64,000 nt of DNA from assembly GCA_965207445.1 (NCBI GenBank), contig CBDBLX010000002.1:224001-288000 (forward strand), written 5' to 3'. This DNA comes from Nitrosopumilus sp. (GTDB lineage: Archaea; Thermoproteota; Nitrososphaeria; Nitrososphaerales; Nitrosopumilaceae). Made by a program: the position numbers and the translations under genes. Below the pieces are notes generated by a model. That model did not search any database. It saw only the letters and a program-made list of their open reading frames with translations, and was not told where the DNA came from. Shown here piece after piece: positions 61,913 to 64,000 of the stretch; position 1 is the first letter of the stretch, and each line of letters starts with the position of its first letter.

Positions 61913-61990
61913 TACGTCAGTAGTTCACAATATGTCCAATTTTAATGATCTTATTTTTAATTATATAGTGCGGTAGATTTACAATTAAAA
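61913..61990 (+). repeat. Repeat family C, copy 2
   Basis: Direct repeat of 56423-56505. Confidence 0.85.
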
Positions 61991-62231
61991 ATAACCACGA
62001 CTGCGTATCGCAAAATTTTTTGTACTAACACGGCATATTTACCAATTACAAATTAACAAGTACTAATTTCTTGGGCATGGTACACATACTGCACTTGTTG
62101 CAATGCACATTTGAAACGTTTCTATTCATATTAAAAACAGATGTAACGTTTTCAAAATACAATATTTTTGCATATGATCTTTTCAGGCATAAAATCGTGT
62201 AAAATTGGTGTACATGGACTTATGCTCGTCG

Positions 62232-62358
62232 CTATAACTGTTTGAGATTTTGTAATCTTTTAAACGCATCAGAATCTATGATATCAATTTCTTTTTTTGA
62301 TGTTTGAACAAATCCATACAGCGGGTCACGGATAGATTTGTACCCAAAGTATCGGCTA
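62232..62358 (-). pseudogene. N-terminal remnant of an HD-domain phosphohydrolase
   Basis: KSIRDPLYGFV...EIDIIDSDAFKRLQNLKQL* parallels the N-terminus of 48576-49874. Confidence 0.75.
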
Positions 62359-62904
62359 TCACTGTATGTTGTTGACAAGATTCAGTTGCCTCAACAAGTC
62401 AAAACCTTTTTTCATGTTGTTTTTAGAAATTTCCCAACCAAATGTATCACCCAGTGCAACAAGTTCACTTTCTGAATATTTTGTAATTTCCTGCGATTTT
62501 TGCATATAATGTAATTTGGCAGCAAAGGACATAGAGTCTGGATCTAGGTTACAATGTTGCTTGCATGTTTTGACTAGCGATTTTACACTTTTAAAAATTA
62601 TAGCAAACTCTAATGTAGTCTTTTTAACAATTTCCTCACCCTTGGGAGCTATTTTGTATGTGTAGCCTGATTTTACTCTATCTTCACTCAGAATACCATA
62701 GAACACCATACGTCCTAGAGAATTTGCTACACTTTTGTTAAATGGGCCATAAAAATATGCGAAATATGGTTCTGATAATTTTATTTCTGAAATTTTGATT
62801 GTTTCAAAGTAGATTAATTTTTGCAGGACCGTTCTGCCTGTGATCTCGCCATTGTTTGCAGATAATGTTAGACATATGGCATCAAAAGCATCAAGGTGAT
62901 TCAA
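62359..62904 (-). CDS. YwgA/DUF4065 (Panacea)-like protein
   Basis: ITGRTVLQKLIYF...YFYGPF motif. Confidence 0.75.
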   Translation of the reverse strand: MNHLDAFDAICLTLSANNGEITGRTVLQKLIYFETIKISEIKLSEPYFAYFYGPFNKSVANSLGRMVFYGILSEDRVKSGYTYKIAPKGEEIVKKTTLEFAIIFKSVKSLVKTCKQHCNLDPDSMSFAAKLHYMQKSQEITKYSESELVALGDTFGWEISKNNMKKGFDLLRQLNLVNNIQ

Positions 62905-63132
62905 TACATGTTAGATTGTGTAATATTATTTATCTTATTTGTATAAAGGGAGGTTGGTGCGTAATTGACATTTGGCCTGCCTGTGACCCGTCTGTGAACT
63001 TGATTTATTGCACATTCAATCTACAAAAGACTGGAATCTATCTATAGTGCGTTTCGTTTTTGAATATGCATGTGTGTTTTGGCAGACATGGATTATAGAA
63101 TATGAAACGTGCAAGTGTGATAGCAGTCACTA

Positions 63133-64000
63133 TCATTGGTATGATGGAATTTTTTGCCCTTTTTCATGAGCGCAGATAAATCTGTTCAGGACGTTGATGT
63201 TCCATGCAATCGATAGTATTTTACCAAACCGCTTTTGATTTTTGGCCAGACGCATACGACAGTGTAGCCTGTGATTCTTTGTCTCTTCTGCTCCAAATAT
63301 TGCCTCGATAAGTGCGCGTTGTTTGTATGCATCTTGGTCAAAGATCTCCGCTGCTTTTTTTCTGCTTGGTTTACCACGGTTTGTATGACCTGCGCCATCT
63401 GTATGATTGCGCTGCTTTATGTTCGGTTTCATGTTTGCATTGAATATTATCTCACAGTTTTGATCCGAGTCATAGCCCTTGTCTCCGTTGAATAAGCGTT
63501 CTTCAATCTGTGTATAGTTTTTTACGAGAAAGCTGACCATATATGGAAGCATTGACGTGTCACTCACATTGCTTGGAGTTGTGTATGATGCAAGTACGAT
63601 CTGGTGTCCTGTTATCGCAGTAATGTGATATTTTAGGTACATCTTGATGCGTGTCGGCTCAAAGTCTTGTAGTACATGATTAGGTCTTTCTTGTTTTTCG
63701 TACCTGTCAGTCTCTACCCCACTACTGTCTATCCCAATTGGAGCTGTAGGTTCTTGTTTTACGTCTTGTTTATCGCTCTCAAAATCCTCGGATCCGTGCG
63801 TAAGTATGGTCTCTTTACCTTTTATCGGTACCGGATCTGTCCCCGATTTTTTAAGTTCAGTTAGACACATATTGGCAGTATATGCCAAAATAGAATCAAG
63901 CCAGTCAAGATCAATTGTTTGCATATGTTTGGTTACCCAACTATAATCAGGCTTCGGCTCGTCAACCCATTCATCATGCATATGTCCAAGATCATTTACC
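63133..64000 (-). mobile_element. DDE_Tnp_1 (IS5/IS4-superfamily) transposase; frame open to the window end
   Basis: GIDSSG, KYH, GDKGYD, YKQRALIEAIFG. Confidence 0.88.

Overview
AT-rich archaeal chromosome segment. The genes point to an ammonia-oxidising thaumarchaeon (Nitrosopumilaceae-like): tes, aCPSF1, proteasome beta, the archaeal PoK/PPS CoA pathway and 'IPDWxK' secreted proteins. A host-associated lifestyle is plausible from the many pseudogenes and low-complexity expansions, but that is inference. Housekeeping blocks are interrupted by GC-richer islets, decayed transposases (IS630-like, IS6-like, DDE_Tnp_1) and at least three short repeat or MITE families. One family has GTAACCGTTCAACC inverted ends and 9-bp target duplications. 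The most unusual items are: (1) a 561-aa fusion of a type IV restriction-like N-terminal domain with an intact nitrilase/CN-hydrolase domain plus a degenerate second copy; (2) a tRNA with an Asp anticodon on an Ala-type G3:U70/A73 acceptor; (3) an SF2 helicase with a PKD domain inserted between its motor domains; (4) a DUF3800 fragment followed by a three-hairpin candidate RNA; (5) an orphan metH 3' fragment. The ORF track mislabels 12078..13445, which is on the minus strand. All family calls come from motif recognition by eye; no searches were run.
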